Virus record (IMG/VR): IMGVR_UViG_3300044448_004493
Span: 649 to 64,648 of that record
DNA length: 64,000 nt
Direction: 5' to 3' (one strand)
Origin: a virus
Taxonomy: Duplodnaviria > Caudoviricetes
Positions 1-8,447 of this stretch are shown in pieces. Numbering within the stretch: position 1 is the first letter of the stretch; the number at the start of each line of letters is the position of its first letter. Position numbers and translations under genes: made by a program. Below the pieces are notes generated by a model. That model searched no databases, was not told the DNA's origin, and saw only the letters and a program-made list of their open reading frames with translations.

Positions 1-2
1 CA

Positions 3-533
3 GATTCTACAGCATTAAATTATAATCAATTTGCTTGTTTTGATGATAATTCATGTATAACAATAGTAACTGGTTGTACGGATGTGGCAGCTTATAATTA
101 TAACCCATTAGCAAATGTTTTAGATTCTACAGCTTGTTTATATGATGCGGGTTGTTATGGGGGACCAGGAGTACCATATTGGTTAAATGATGGATGTTAT
201 GCTTGGGTGATTGATGTAGATGATTATTGTTGTAATGTAAATTGGGATGCAAGTTGTCAATCAATGTATGATTATTGTACTCAAGGATGGCCTACAACAG
301 TAGAAGATATTTCATCATTAGGAATAGTTGTTTTCCCCAACCCAACTAAAGATTTAATTACTATAGAAACAAGATTAGAAATTAAAGTAGAAATATATGA
401 TATAATGGGTAAATTATTAATAGAAAAAGAAAATATAAAACGATTAGATCTATCAGATTTAGCAAATGGTTTATATAATCTATCTATTATATACAACAAT
501 AAACGATATAGTAAACAAATAATAAAACAATAA
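3..533 (+). CDS. 5'-truncated Cys-rich protein with GCTD..A.NYN repeats and a C-terminal T9SS (Por secretion) sorting domain
   Basis: The frame is open from position 3 (DSTALNYNQFACFDDNSCITIVTGCTDVAAYNYNPLAN), so the GTG at 84 is not the true start. The C-terminus VFPNPTKD..IYDIMGKLL..LDLSDLANGLYNLSI..KQIIKQ matches the type A T9SS CTD pattern. Confidence 0.85.
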   Translation, partial: DSTALNYNQFACFDDNSCITIVTGCTDVAAYNYNPLANVLDSTACLYDAGCYGGPGVPYWLNDGCYAWVIDVDDYCCNVNWDASCQSMYDYCTQGWPTTVEDISSLGIVVFPNPTKDLITIETRLEIKVEIYDIMGKLLIEKENIKRLDLSDLANGLYNLSIIYNNKRYSKQIIKQ

Positions 534-554
534 TACAGTTTCCAAGATAATTTT

Positions 555-563
555 ATATTTATT
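555..563 (+). promoter_or_regulatory. putative phage late promoter ATATTTATT
   Basis: Copy of the recurrent intergenic ATATTTAT(A/T) motif, 29 nt before the ATG at 593. Confidence 0.6.
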
Positions 564-592
564 AAGGAATAATATATTTTATATAGAATAAT

Positions 593-1573
593 ATGGCAAA
601 TAATAAATTTTCAGGATATAGACCAGACCCTAAAAAGGAAGATTTTGAAATGGGTAATCGTTTGGATAGAGTAAACCCATATGAATTTAGAAAAGGTATG
701 GATTATGAATTAGTATCTATGGGTTGTTCAAGATTAGCAGAATCAACTCCAGAAGAAAGAGAAAAAGCCACAGAATCTGTACTTAAGAATTTAGAAACAC
801 ATGGGGGATATTATACTTCCTTAATGACTTATGAAACTTTATTTAGAAATGATGTAGAAGGTATTAAAAAACCTACTTTTAATACTTGGTTAAAAGAACA
901 AGATAATATCAAAATGCAAGAAGTTAAACCAGGAGATAAAGATTCAAAACATAAAGATGATAAAATGATAGAACTTAAAGAAGCTATAAAAAAAGAAATA
1001 GCAAAAGCACTCAGAGAAAATAAAGAAGATGATATAGATGATGATGATATAGATAAAGAAGCTGGAAAAGGTGCTAAAAAAGGATCTAAAAAATTATCTA
1101 AATTTGATAAAGAAAGAGAGGCCTTAGAAAAACTTATAGAATATTTTACAGATAAAAAGGTTAAAGAATTAGAAAGATATAAAAAGAGTAAAAAAGACAA
1201 AAAAGCAGTAGAAGCCTATAAAAAAGCAATAGAAATATCAGATGCCGATAAAAAGAAATTAGAAAAAACAGCAGAAAAATTTGACGTAGCAAGTAAAGAT
1301 TATGTAGCTAAAGATATACCTTCAGTTATAAAAGATCTAGAAAAAAGATTAAAAGCAGTAGATAAAGATGAAGAAGATGCTGTAGCTAAACTTAGAGAAG
1401 AAAAAAAAGACATAGCATTAACAGATATGACTAGAGAAGAGCAACTTAGACTTTTAAATATTATAAAAGAAAATGGTATTTCTTTAAGAGAGGGAGCTCA
1501 GAGTATTAAAATTTATTATGAAATCGCAAAAGCAAGCTTCCTAGAGGGTTTATCCAAAGGAGCAGGATTATAA
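593..1573 (+). CDS. hypothetical protein, candidate internal head protein
   Basis: Highly charged. Contains the ELKEAIKKEIAKALRE tag and several LxE sites. The NPYEFRKGMDYEL..VLKNL..YYTSL module loosely recalls DUF5661-type phage domains. Confidence 0.5.
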   Translation: MANNKFSGYRPDPKKEDFEMGNRLDRVNPYEFRKGMDYELVSMGCSRLAESTPEEREKATESVLKNLETHGGYYTSLMTYETLFRNDVEGIKKPTFNTWLKEQDNIKMQEVKPGDKDSKHKDDKMIELKEAIKKEIAKALRENKEDDIDDDDIDKEAGKGAKKGSKKLSKFDKEREALEKLIEYFTDKKVKELERYKKSKKDKKAVEAYKKAIEISDADKKKLEKTAEKFDVASKDYVAKDIPSVIKDLEKRLKAVDKDEEDAVAKLREEKKDIALTDMTREEQLRLLNIIKENGISLREGAQSIKIYYEIAKASFLEGLSKGAGL

Positions 1574-1585
1574 AACTATTATAAA

Positions 1586-3538
1586 ATGAAAAAACAAAAA
1601 ACTACAATAAATCGTTTTAAAAAACTAGCAGGGTTAAAACCTCTATATGAAAGTAGAAAAAAACAACAACTAAATGAATTTTGGGAGGCAATTTTAGGGG
1701 CAGCAGCTTGGTGGTTAGTAAAAAGACTATATAATTATTTTGAGGGTGACCCAGGAATGGTAAGCCCTGGAACTAGTGGTGGAGGAGATTTACCATTTGG
1801 AATGGCTGAATTTGAAGCAGAAGCATTAATGAACTGGGCAGAAAGTGGAGGACGTCCATCAGATGAAATAGCTATGATAGTTAGAAAATATCAACATTTT
1901 ACTCCTTATGGAAAAAGAATGGGTAAAGATGATAGTTTCGACAGGCATTTAGGTGAAGCATTAGATTATGATGATTTACCTCCTAGTAAAAAACTTCTAA
2001 ACGAAAAATTGTGGGATGACAAATTAGTTTTTAACCCATGGGATGATGGTGAGAAAGATCCTTTTGATAACCCATTTGGAGGATTCGACCCATGGAATAC
2101 AGGTTCTACAACAGGAGGAGATGAAGGTTCAGGAGATGGATCTTGTAAAGCAGGATGTGGTAATTTATGTAGTGTTGCTACGAATGCAAAAGAATTAGAA
2201 ACCTATGTATCCCGTTTGGGAAGTGAAAAAGAAATAGAAAACTTTGTCAAAACAACTATAGAACCTATTGGTACCGGCTTTACATGGGATTGGGTTGTAA
2301 GAAAAGCTGGAATGAGAGAGGAAAAAATGGTCTTAAAGGAATGGTTAGGTGTATTAATTGGATTGATTGCACTTGGTGTTGGAACCTGGGCTTTATTTAG
2401 AAAACCAAATTGTGACTGTCCATGTGGAGGAATGGTACGTCCTGGTGGTGATGGATCTTTACCTGCTACACGTAAAAATGAAATAAAACGTCCTAGTGGT
2501 AAAAGAAAATCTTATTATAAGAAGCATAGAATGTCTGAGCAAACAAGCCTATTAGATGATAACCCATGTGATTCATGGGGTAATTTTCAAACTTGGTCAG
2601 ATCAGTTTGAACAAAATTTTACTAATGCTCCTTGGGCTAATAACCCAAACCAACCATGTAAATTTTTAGGAAATAGAGTAGATAAATGGAGAGCAAAAGC
2701 ACAAGGGGGAATTGGTCAAGCATGGCAAGCTCAATTAAATTGTAAAATACAACACACAATACAAACTTTAGGCCCTCAATATGGATGTACTAATTTAACA
2801 GAATCTAAAGGAAAACTTTCAAAAGTTAAAAAAGCAATATTAAACTTAATGAAAGAAAGCACGAATAAAAAACTTAGACAAATAGCAAATAAAGCAGGAA
2901 TTTATGAGAGGTTAGATGAAAAGAAAAAGAAGTCTAAAATGGAGAAAATAGTAAAAGGAATTTTAAAAATTATTGGTTGGCCAAAGAGTGGTATAACGAC
3001 TTCAACTACACTAGGTGATCTTATAAGTAGAAAAGCTGAATTCGAAAAGATGGCCAAAGGCTCAGGTGGAGACTCTAGTGGAGATTCAGGACCTAAAGAA
3101 CCAAAAGGAGAACCTGTAGATGAATCAAAAGGACAATTAAACGAAGCGTGGTGGATGGGTATAGCTATCAAACTTATACTTTTTCTATTAGATGAGATGG
3201 ATGTTTTAGGATTGACTAATGATAATACAGTGGGTGATCTGCTTGATAAATTAGAAAGTGATGACGTTGATACAGGAAAAGCTATAGGCCAATCCATGAA
3301 TTGTTGTACAGGTGATGTACATTGTGGTGCTGGAGGAAGATGTGGAAAAGATTGTAGATGTGAATATGGAGCTCCAGGAAACCCATGGGATAATGTAGGA
3401 GACTCAGGAGATTCAGGACCTAAAGAACCAAAAGGCCAAGATATGGCAGAATCAAGAGTACCACGTAGATTATTAGAAGCAGTTAAAGCAGTTAGAAGAA
3501 GTAATAGTAAAGGTGGATGTGGTTGTAGTAAAAAATAA
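1586..3538 (+). CDS. modular polyprotein, candidate capsid-packaged protease-processed cargo
   Basis: N-terminal RFKKLAGLKPLYE motif. Modules begin after LNE, LKE, LDE and PVDE, and include hydrophobic helices and Cys-rich blocks. Confidence 0.6.
   Translation: MKKQKTTINRFKKLAGLKPLYESRKKQQLNEFWEAILGAAAWWLVKRLYNYFEGDPGMVSPGTSGGGDLPFGMAEFEAEALMNWAESGGRPSDEIAMIVRKYQHFTPYGKRMGKDDSFDRHLGEALDYDDLPPSKKLLNEKLWDDKLVFNPWDDGEKDPFDNPFGGFDPWNTGSTTGGDEGSGDGSCKAGCGNLCSVATNAKELETYVSRLGSEKEIENFVKTTIEPIGTGFTWDWVVRKAGMREEKMVLKEWLGVLIGLIALGVGTWALFRKPNCDCPCGGMVRPGGDGSLPATRKNEIKRPSGKRKSYYKKHRMSEQTSLLDDNPCDSWGNFQTWSDQFEQNFTNAPWANNPNQPCKFLGNRVDKWRAKAQGGIGQAWQAQLNCKIQHTIQTLGPQYGCTNLTESKGKLSKVKKAILNLMKESTNKKLRQIANKAGIYERLDEKKKKSKMEKIVKGILKIIGWPKSGITTSTTLGDLISRKAEFEKMAKGSGGDSSGDSGPKEPKGEPVDESKGQLNEAWWMGIAIKLILFLLDEMDVLGLTNDNTVGDLLDKLESDDVDTGKAIGQSMNCCTGDVHCGAGGRCGKDCRCEYGAPGNPWDNVGDSGDSGPKEPKGQDMAESRVPRRLLEAVKAVRRSNSKGGCGCSKK
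3080..3435 (+). repeat. 29-bp exact direct repeat GGAGATTCAGGACCTAAAGAACCAAAAGG (3080-3108 and 3407-3435)
   Basis: Read directly from the sequence; encodes the GDSGPKEPKG linker twice within 1586..3538. Confidence 0.9.
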
Positions 3539-3552
3539 AAAATAAAAACGTT

Positions 3553-3810
3553 ATGGAAAAATTAAAAAGTTACTTTAAAAGGTTGTGGAAAGCGCTTTGG
3601 GATTCTACAGATTTAGATGAAAAAGCAGAAGCAGCATTAAAAGAAGCGAAAGCTAGAATCGCTGAAATGAAAAAAGAACTAGCAGATGTTAAAAAAGCAG
3701 CTAAAAACGTTGTAGCACAATCAAAAGACGTTATAGATGCAGCAAAAGGAAAAAAAAGAAGAGGAAAAAAACCTTATTATAAAAATAAAAAGAAAAAAAC
3801 CAATAAATAA
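3553..3810 (+). CDS. small coiled-coil protein with a very basic C-terminal tail
   Basis: Co-oriented ORF tightly packed between neighbours; ends KGKKRRGKKPYYKNKKKKTNK. Confidence 0.6.
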   Translation: MEKLKSYFKRLWKALWDSTDLDEKAEAALKEAKARIAEMKKELADVKKAAKNVVAQSKDVIDAAKGKKRRGKKPYYKNKKKKTNK

Positions 3811-3829
3811 CTCAAATAAAAAAGAAAAA

Positions 3830-4282
3830 ATGAATTTAAAAGATCTTAAAAAAATGATAGCCGAAGAATATTCTAGATACCTATCAGAACAAGAAGAGCC
3901 TGAAGTAGCAGTTTCGGATGCAGATGTTGATATGGAAGGAGGTGAAGACGCAGAATCTACATTAAGAGACATTTATGATATGTTAAAATCTTATTTTGAA
4001 GGTGGGGAAGATGCAGCAGCCGGAGCAGCAGCAGCAGCAGCAGATGATATGGCTGATGACACTATGGATGATTTAGAAGATATGGATGATGAAGATGAGG
4101 GTGATGAAGAAGAATTAGATGAAGCTAAAAAAGCAGGAGGAGGATGTACTAAAGATAGTGACTGTGGTCCTGGCTCATGTTGTAGAGGTGGTTCATGTGG
4201 TGGCTGTATGGATGACCCAACCGGTAAATCAAAAGATTTAAAAGAAAGGTTCCAAAAATTAGCCAACATTATTAAAGGTTAA
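3830..4282 (+). CDS. acidic mini-scaffold-like protein with a Cys-rich mini-domain and C-terminal RFQKLANI
   Basis: Start moved to ATG 3830 (MNLKDLKKMIAEEY) because 3737 overlaps the previous gene. Has an Asp/Glu-rich core, CTKDSDCGPGSCCRGGSCGGC, and a tail identical to the scaffold tail. Confidence 0.65.
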   Translation: MNLKDLKKMIAEEYSRYLSEQEEPEVAVSDADVDMEGGEDAESTLRDIYDMLKSYFEGGEDAAAGAAAAAADDMADDTMDDLEDMDDEDEGDEEELDEAKKAGGGCTKDSDCGPGSCCRGGSCGGCMDDPTGKSKDLKERFQKLANIIKG

Positions 4283-4287
4283 AACTT

Positions 4288-5544
4288 ATGACTCTCGATG
4301 AGTTATTATTGGAATGGTCTTACAGGTCAGAAAAGGGATATCCATCATTGGATAGCCCTTCTGATATTCTGATATTGGAAAATATATTAAATGGGTTAAA
4401 TCTTCCTACTCAAAAAATCATCGAATCTCTAAAAGAACAAGTAACAATAGCTACTGATGATGAAATCCCAAATGAACCCCCTTCTTCAATAAACACAGAT
4501 GATGAAGATGAAATAAGACATTTAAGAACACAATTAGGATCCCATAAAAAAAGTGATTTAATAAGTCTAATAAAATCAATGGATTTAGACGAAAAACAAA
4601 TCAATAAATTATATCATAGAATTTCAAATTTTGGTTCTTATGCTCCTATATTAAAATCTTTAAGAGCAAGTAATTATAAAGAACTTGTAGTAAAAAGATA
4701 TTCAAACGAAATTCAAAATATTATTGAGGATTTAGATCCTAAAGAAAACATAAAATTTATAGATTATTTATCTAATCCTGAAAAACAATTAGAATTCCCA
4801 ACAAAATCAGAAGGAAATTTATTTAATATAGTACCTTCAGATAAAGTACCCTCTTCAGTAATGGAAAAAATAATTTCACATACTACTCAAGATGAAGGTA
4901 AAAAAGGAGTAGGAATGGGAGAATTAGGTATGGCTTTAATATTTAAAAATATAACTGATTCTAGGGGTAAAGGAGATTTAGCTTTAAATGGAGATGAATT
5001 TGAAATTAAAGGTGATGGAGCAACTTTAGGTGAAAAACCCGCCGCATATCCTATTGATTTATTTAAATTAGAACCTTTTGGTTTAAGAAAAGTTGGAACT
5101 TCTTATGAAGTAGGTGAAGGAGAAGATATAGAAATAGTAGGTAACTTAAATAAATTTGCATTAGCTTTATCTTTAACACATAAACAAACAAAAGATAAAA
5201 AAGAATTTGAAGAAGCATTAAAAGATACTTTATCTAATGATGTGGGGCATGGAGAAGCTGTTAATGCTTTATTTAGTAAAATAAATTTTAATAATCCCCA
5301 AACAATACAACAAGAAATAGCACTAATGAATCTTTATAGGTATGTAAATAAAGAACAATTTAAACATTTTTTAGCCCATGATTTTGGGGCAAGTGGGGGA
5401 ACAGGAAAATATATTTATGCTGGTGGTTCTCCTGAAGATATAGTTAATGGTTTAAGAGGGTTAGCTAAATTTGAAAAAATATCTTGGAATAATTGTAGAC
5501 CACGAATAGGTTTTAAAGCTACTTACTTAGAAGAAGACGCATAA
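4288..5544 (+). CDS. putative PD-(D/E)XK nuclease-domain protein, candidate head cargo
   Basis: GVGMGE...GD-x8-EIK catalytic-type pattern at 4897-5010; N-terminal MTLDELLLE leader. Confidence 0.5.
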   Translation: MTLDELLLEWSYRSEKGYPSLDSPSDILILENILNGLNLPTQKIIESLKEQVTIATDDEIPNEPPSSINTDDEDEIRHLRTQLGSHKKSDLISLIKSMDLDEKQINKLYHRISNFGSYAPILKSLRASNYKELVVKRYSNEIQNIIEDLDPKENIKFIDYLSNPEKQLEFPTKSEGNLFNIVPSDKVPSSVMEKIISHTTQDEGKKGVGMGELGMALIFKNITDSRGKGDLALNGDEFEIKGDGATLGEKPAAYPIDLFKLEPFGLRKVGTSYEVGEGEDIEIVGNLNKFALALSLTHKQTKDKKEFEEALKDTLSNDVGHGEAVNALFSKINFNNPQTIQQEIALMNLYRYVNKEQFKHFLAHDFGASGGTGKYIYAGGSPEDIVNGLRGLAKFEKISWNNCRPRIGFKATYLEEDA

Positions 5545-5547
5545 AAA

Positions 5548-5577
5548 TTTGGTTATTTGAAATCTCCTAAATACAAT
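5548..5577 (+). promoter_or_regulatory. putative host-RNAP promoter TTTG-N20-TACAAT
   Basis: TTTG at 5548-5551 and TA at 5572, the same spacing as at 5919, 41549 and 50618. Confidence 0.4.
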
Positions 5578-5607
5578 CCTAAAAACATAGAGGAAACTTT
5601 AAAACGA

Positions 5608-5937
5608 ATGGAAAAGGCTGATGAATTAAAAAACATCCATCGTTCAGGTACTAATATAATGTCGTTCTTTGATAATAATGATAAAGAACACGAATTACAA
5701 AAACAACAATCAGCAGCAGAATTAAAAAAAGATGAATATCTTAAAAGTGTTGAATTACTTAAAAAACTTATACAAAAAAACGGAACAAAGGACGATTTAA
5801 TCCGTATAACATCAATAGGTTATTTAATTGAATCAACAGACTTCCTTAATATACCATCAGATCGTAAAAAAATGTTAAAAGAAAATATGATTTGGTGTAA
5901 TAAAAAATATGAAAAATATTTGGATTCCCCAAAATAA
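5608..5937 (+). CDS. hypothetical protein
   Basis: ORF-track TTG start at 5557 overlaps the putative promoter; ATG 5608 is preferred. Confidence 0.5.
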   Translation: MEKADELKNIHRSGTNIMSFFDNNDKEHELQKQQSAAELKKDEYLKSVELLKKLIQKNGTKDDLIRITSIGYLIESTDFLNIPSDRKKMLKENMIWCNKKYEKYLDSPK

Positions 5938-5950
5938 TTTACTATAATTA
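5919..5950 (+). promoter_or_regulatory. putative host-RNAP promoter TTTG-N20-TATAATTA
   Basis: Bacteroidota-like -33/-7 spacing upstream of 5972. Confidence 0.45.
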
Positions 5951-5971
5951 AATAAATAATAAAAAAACGTT

Positions 5972-6190
5972 ATGAAATACGAAAGACAATTACAAAATGC
6001 AATGGAAAGATTAGATCAATCTTTAGCAAGCTTACATACACTAATTAAAAGAGGTGAAAACAAAGCAGCTATTCGTTTTATGGAAGAAGGCGAATTAAAA
6101 GATAGATATGATGAATTACAAAATATAATTACTATAGCTCAATCAGGTAATTATGGTGCTAGAAATGTTCAAAATACAGGAACATTATAA
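5972..6190 (+). CDS. hypothetical helical protein
   Basis: 72-aa co-oriented ORF with an A-rich leader. Confidence 0.55.
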   Translation: MKYERQLQNAMERLDQSLASLHTLIKRGENKAAIRFMEEGELKDRYDELQNIITIAQSGNYGARNVQNTGTL

Positions 6191-6202
6191 AAAATAAAAG
6201 TT

Positions 6203-6988
6203 ATGTTATCAGCAGAAAAAATCCAGTCAAACTGGGATCGTTATATTAACGAAATAAAAACAAATATATCTAAAGACAGAGCAGATATATTAATTTCATT
6301 TTTAGAAAAATACCAAGAAAGAATAATGATGATGCCTGCAGCCGCTAAAAATTGGCACCATTCAGCATTTGCTGGGGGTTATGTTGATCATGTTTTACGT
6401 GTATATGATTGTGCAAATGAATTATATAAAACGTGGAAATCAATGGGTGGAGATATATCCACATATACAGTTGAAGAAATGCATTTCGTTGCTTTATTCC
6501 ATGATTTAGGCAAGATGGGCCAACAAGAAGGTGAATATTACCAACCAAATGATTCACAATGGCATATTGATAAATTAGGTCAAGTTTATAAATTCAATAC
6601 TGATATTCCTGCAATGAAAATTCCAGAACGATCTTTATTTTTATTACAAGAAATAGGATGTAAAGTAAGTCAAAACGAATACATTGGAATTAAAATACAC
6701 GATGGTTTATATGATGAATCAAATAAATTTTATTTTATGTCTGGAATGAAAGAAACCAAACTAAGATCTCATTTACCTTTACTAATGCATCAAGCAGATC
6801 ATATGGCTGCTCAAATTGAATTTGAAATTTGGAATAATGCAACAGATTCTATTCCTAAACAATCTAAACCTAAAAATGCAAGTAAAGGAGATAAAACATT
6901 AAGAACAGCTAAAAAAATAAACACAAAAAATAATCCGAATCTATCAAATGCTACTTTAAATGTTATAGATTCATTTTTTAAAGATTAA
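6203..6988 (+). CDS. HD-domain phosphohydrolase
   Basis: HHS..GGYVDHVLRV, FHDLGK, IHDG and HQAD motifs of the HD superfamily. Confidence 0.85.
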   Translation: MLSAEKIQSNWDRYINEIKTNISKDRADILISFLEKYQERIMMMPAAAKNWHHSAFAGGYVDHVLRVYDCANELYKTWKSMGGDISTYTVEEMHFVALFHDLGKMGQQEGEYYQPNDSQWHIDKLGQVYKFNTDIPAMKIPERSLFLLQEIGCKVSQNEYIGIKIHDGLYDESNKFYFMSGMKETKLRSHLPLLMHQADHMAAQIEFEIWNNATDSIPKQSKPKNASKGDKTLRTAKKINTKNNPNLSNATLNVIDSFFKD

Positions 6989-6989
6989 T

Positions 6990-7262
6990 ATGGAATTAAT
7001 ACTTAGTATAATATTAACATCAGTAACAATAACTTCTTTTTTTATTATTAGAAATTTAATAAAAAGAAATGAAACCCAAGAAGATATAATAGAAGAATAT
7101 GAAAATTTTATTATAAAACAAAGTGAAGCCATAAATACTTGTGATCAAAGATTAAAACAAATAGATGATAAAGGTATATTTTATTCTGATGATCAAATAG
7201 GTTGGTTTTTTCAAGAAGTACAAAAAATACAAGAGGCATTAAATGAATTTACACTTAAATAA
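6990..7262 (+). CDS. single-pass membrane protein with a coiled coil
   Basis: N-terminal hydrophobic ILSIILTSVTITSFFII followed by a heptad-like region. Confidence 0.6.
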   Translation: MELILSIILTSVTITSFFIIRNLIKRNETQEDIIEEYENFIIKQSEAINTCDQRLKQIDDKGIFYSDDQIGWFFQEVQKIQEALNEFTLK

Positions 7263-7276
7263 AATGTAAAAACCAC

Positions 7277-8038
7277 ATGATAAACAAACCAATCCCCCCT
7301 GAACCAGTAAATACTGGTTCTTCTACTCCACAACCTAAAAAAAGAGGAAGAAAAAGAACAAAAAAACAATATTTTACATCAGATACAGATGCAGCTATAA
7401 AAGAATATTTAGCATCATCTAATCAAGATGAAAGAGATAATATATTTAAAACTAGAATACATTACCCCTTCTATAAATTAGCCGAAAATCTTATACATAC
7501 TTTTAAATTTTATTATACAGAAGTAGATGATTTAGAAGATTTAAAACATGAAGTAATTTGTTTTCTTTTAGAAAAACTAGATTATTTTAAACCAGAAAAA
7601 GGTACTAAAGCTTTTAGCTATTTTTCAATTGTAGGGAAAAATTATCTTATTCTTTATAATAATAATAACTATAAGAAGAAAAAAATAACAACTGATGTAA
7701 TGGCAGCAGATGAAGATGATGGTGTATTATATCAATTAGGTAGAGATGAACGTAAACAAGATATAAAAGATTTTATAGATTATTTTACAGAATATATAGA
7801 TAAATATATGTTTAATATGTTTAAAAAAGAACAAGATTTAAAAGTTTGTGATGCTATAAATGTATTATTTAAACGTAGAGAAAATTTAGAAATTTTTAAT
7901 AAAAAAGCATTATATATTTACATAAGAGAAATGACAGGAGTAGATACCCCCGTTATAACTAAAGTAACTAAATATCTTAAAAAATTATATAAAGAATTAT
8001 ATGCTGAATATGCTATTCATGGATATGTAAAAGTCTAA
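7277..8038 (+). CDS. phage RNA polymerase sigma factor (sigma70-like region 2; probable late sigma)
   Basis: DLKHEVICFLLEKLDYFKPEKGTKAFSYF resembles sigma70 region 2 (DLxQE..FDPxKGxxFSTY). Confidence 0.75.
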   Translation: MINKPIPPEPVNTGSSTPQPKKRGRKRTKKQYFTSDTDAAIKEYLASSNQDERDNIFKTRIHYPFYKLAENLIHTFKFYYTEVDDLEDLKHEVICFLLEKLDYFKPEKGTKAFSYFSIVGKNYLILYNNNNYKKKKITTDVMAADEDDGVLYQLGRDERKQDIKDFIDYFTEYIDKYMFNMFKKEQDLKVCDAINVLFKRRENLEIFNKKALYIYIREMTGVDTPVITKVTKYLKKLYKELYAEYAIHGYVKV

Positions 8039-8047
8039 TTTTTTTCC

Positions 8048-8056
8048 ATATTTATA
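8048..8056 (+). promoter_or_regulatory. putative late promoter ATATTTATA
   Basis: Recurrent motif, 10 nt before ATG 8067. Confidence 0.65.
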
Positions 8057-8066
8057 ATAAAATAGT

Positions 8067-8447
8067 ATGGATCCATTAAACCAAATATTATTTGACGATA
8101 AATCTTTTTCGGATTTATTAAAAGAAATTCATGGTAATCAAAAGAAAAAAGCTAAACAATTAGCATCTTTAATTGCCGAATTACGTCCTTTAGTCCAATC
8201 TTTAGGTGATGCTACTGTTGTAGTCCCTTTAATAAAAGAATATATGGAAATTAGTGTTAAAAACGATGATGCTTTATTAAAAATGGCAGCCATAGTACAA
8301 CGTTTATCTACGGGTAATGCAAATTCAGGTGATGGTGGATTATTAACAGAAGAAGAAATGGCTCAACTTCAGGATTTAACTGAAGAAATAGCTAAAACTG
8401 TTGAAGAACCTAAACAATTAGAAGAGGGAAATGCCAATAAGAATTAA
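8067..8447 (+). CDS. hypothetical coiled-coil protein
   Basis: Helical ORF that starts the baseplate operon. Confidence 0.55.
   Translation: MDPLNQILFDDKSFSDLLKEIHGNQKKKAKQLASLIAELRPLVQSLGDATVVVPLIKEYMEISVKNDDALLKMAAIVQRLSTGNANSGDGGLLTEEEMAQLQDLTEEIAKTVEEPKQLEEGNANKN

Noticed and set aside
1-592. T9SS gene as a host flank or prophage boundary
   Set aside because: No integrase or att-like repeat is visible, composition is continuous, and its repeat is shared with the baseplate gene. It cannot be fully excluded without upstream sequence.
4013-4042. GCA trinucleotide runs (also near 32255-32275)
   Set aside because: Simple poly-Ala linkers in frame; no sign of a phase-variation tract.
8067-8447. 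Possible terminase small subunit
   Set aside because: Size and helicity fit, but there is no recognisable motif and it is far from terL.
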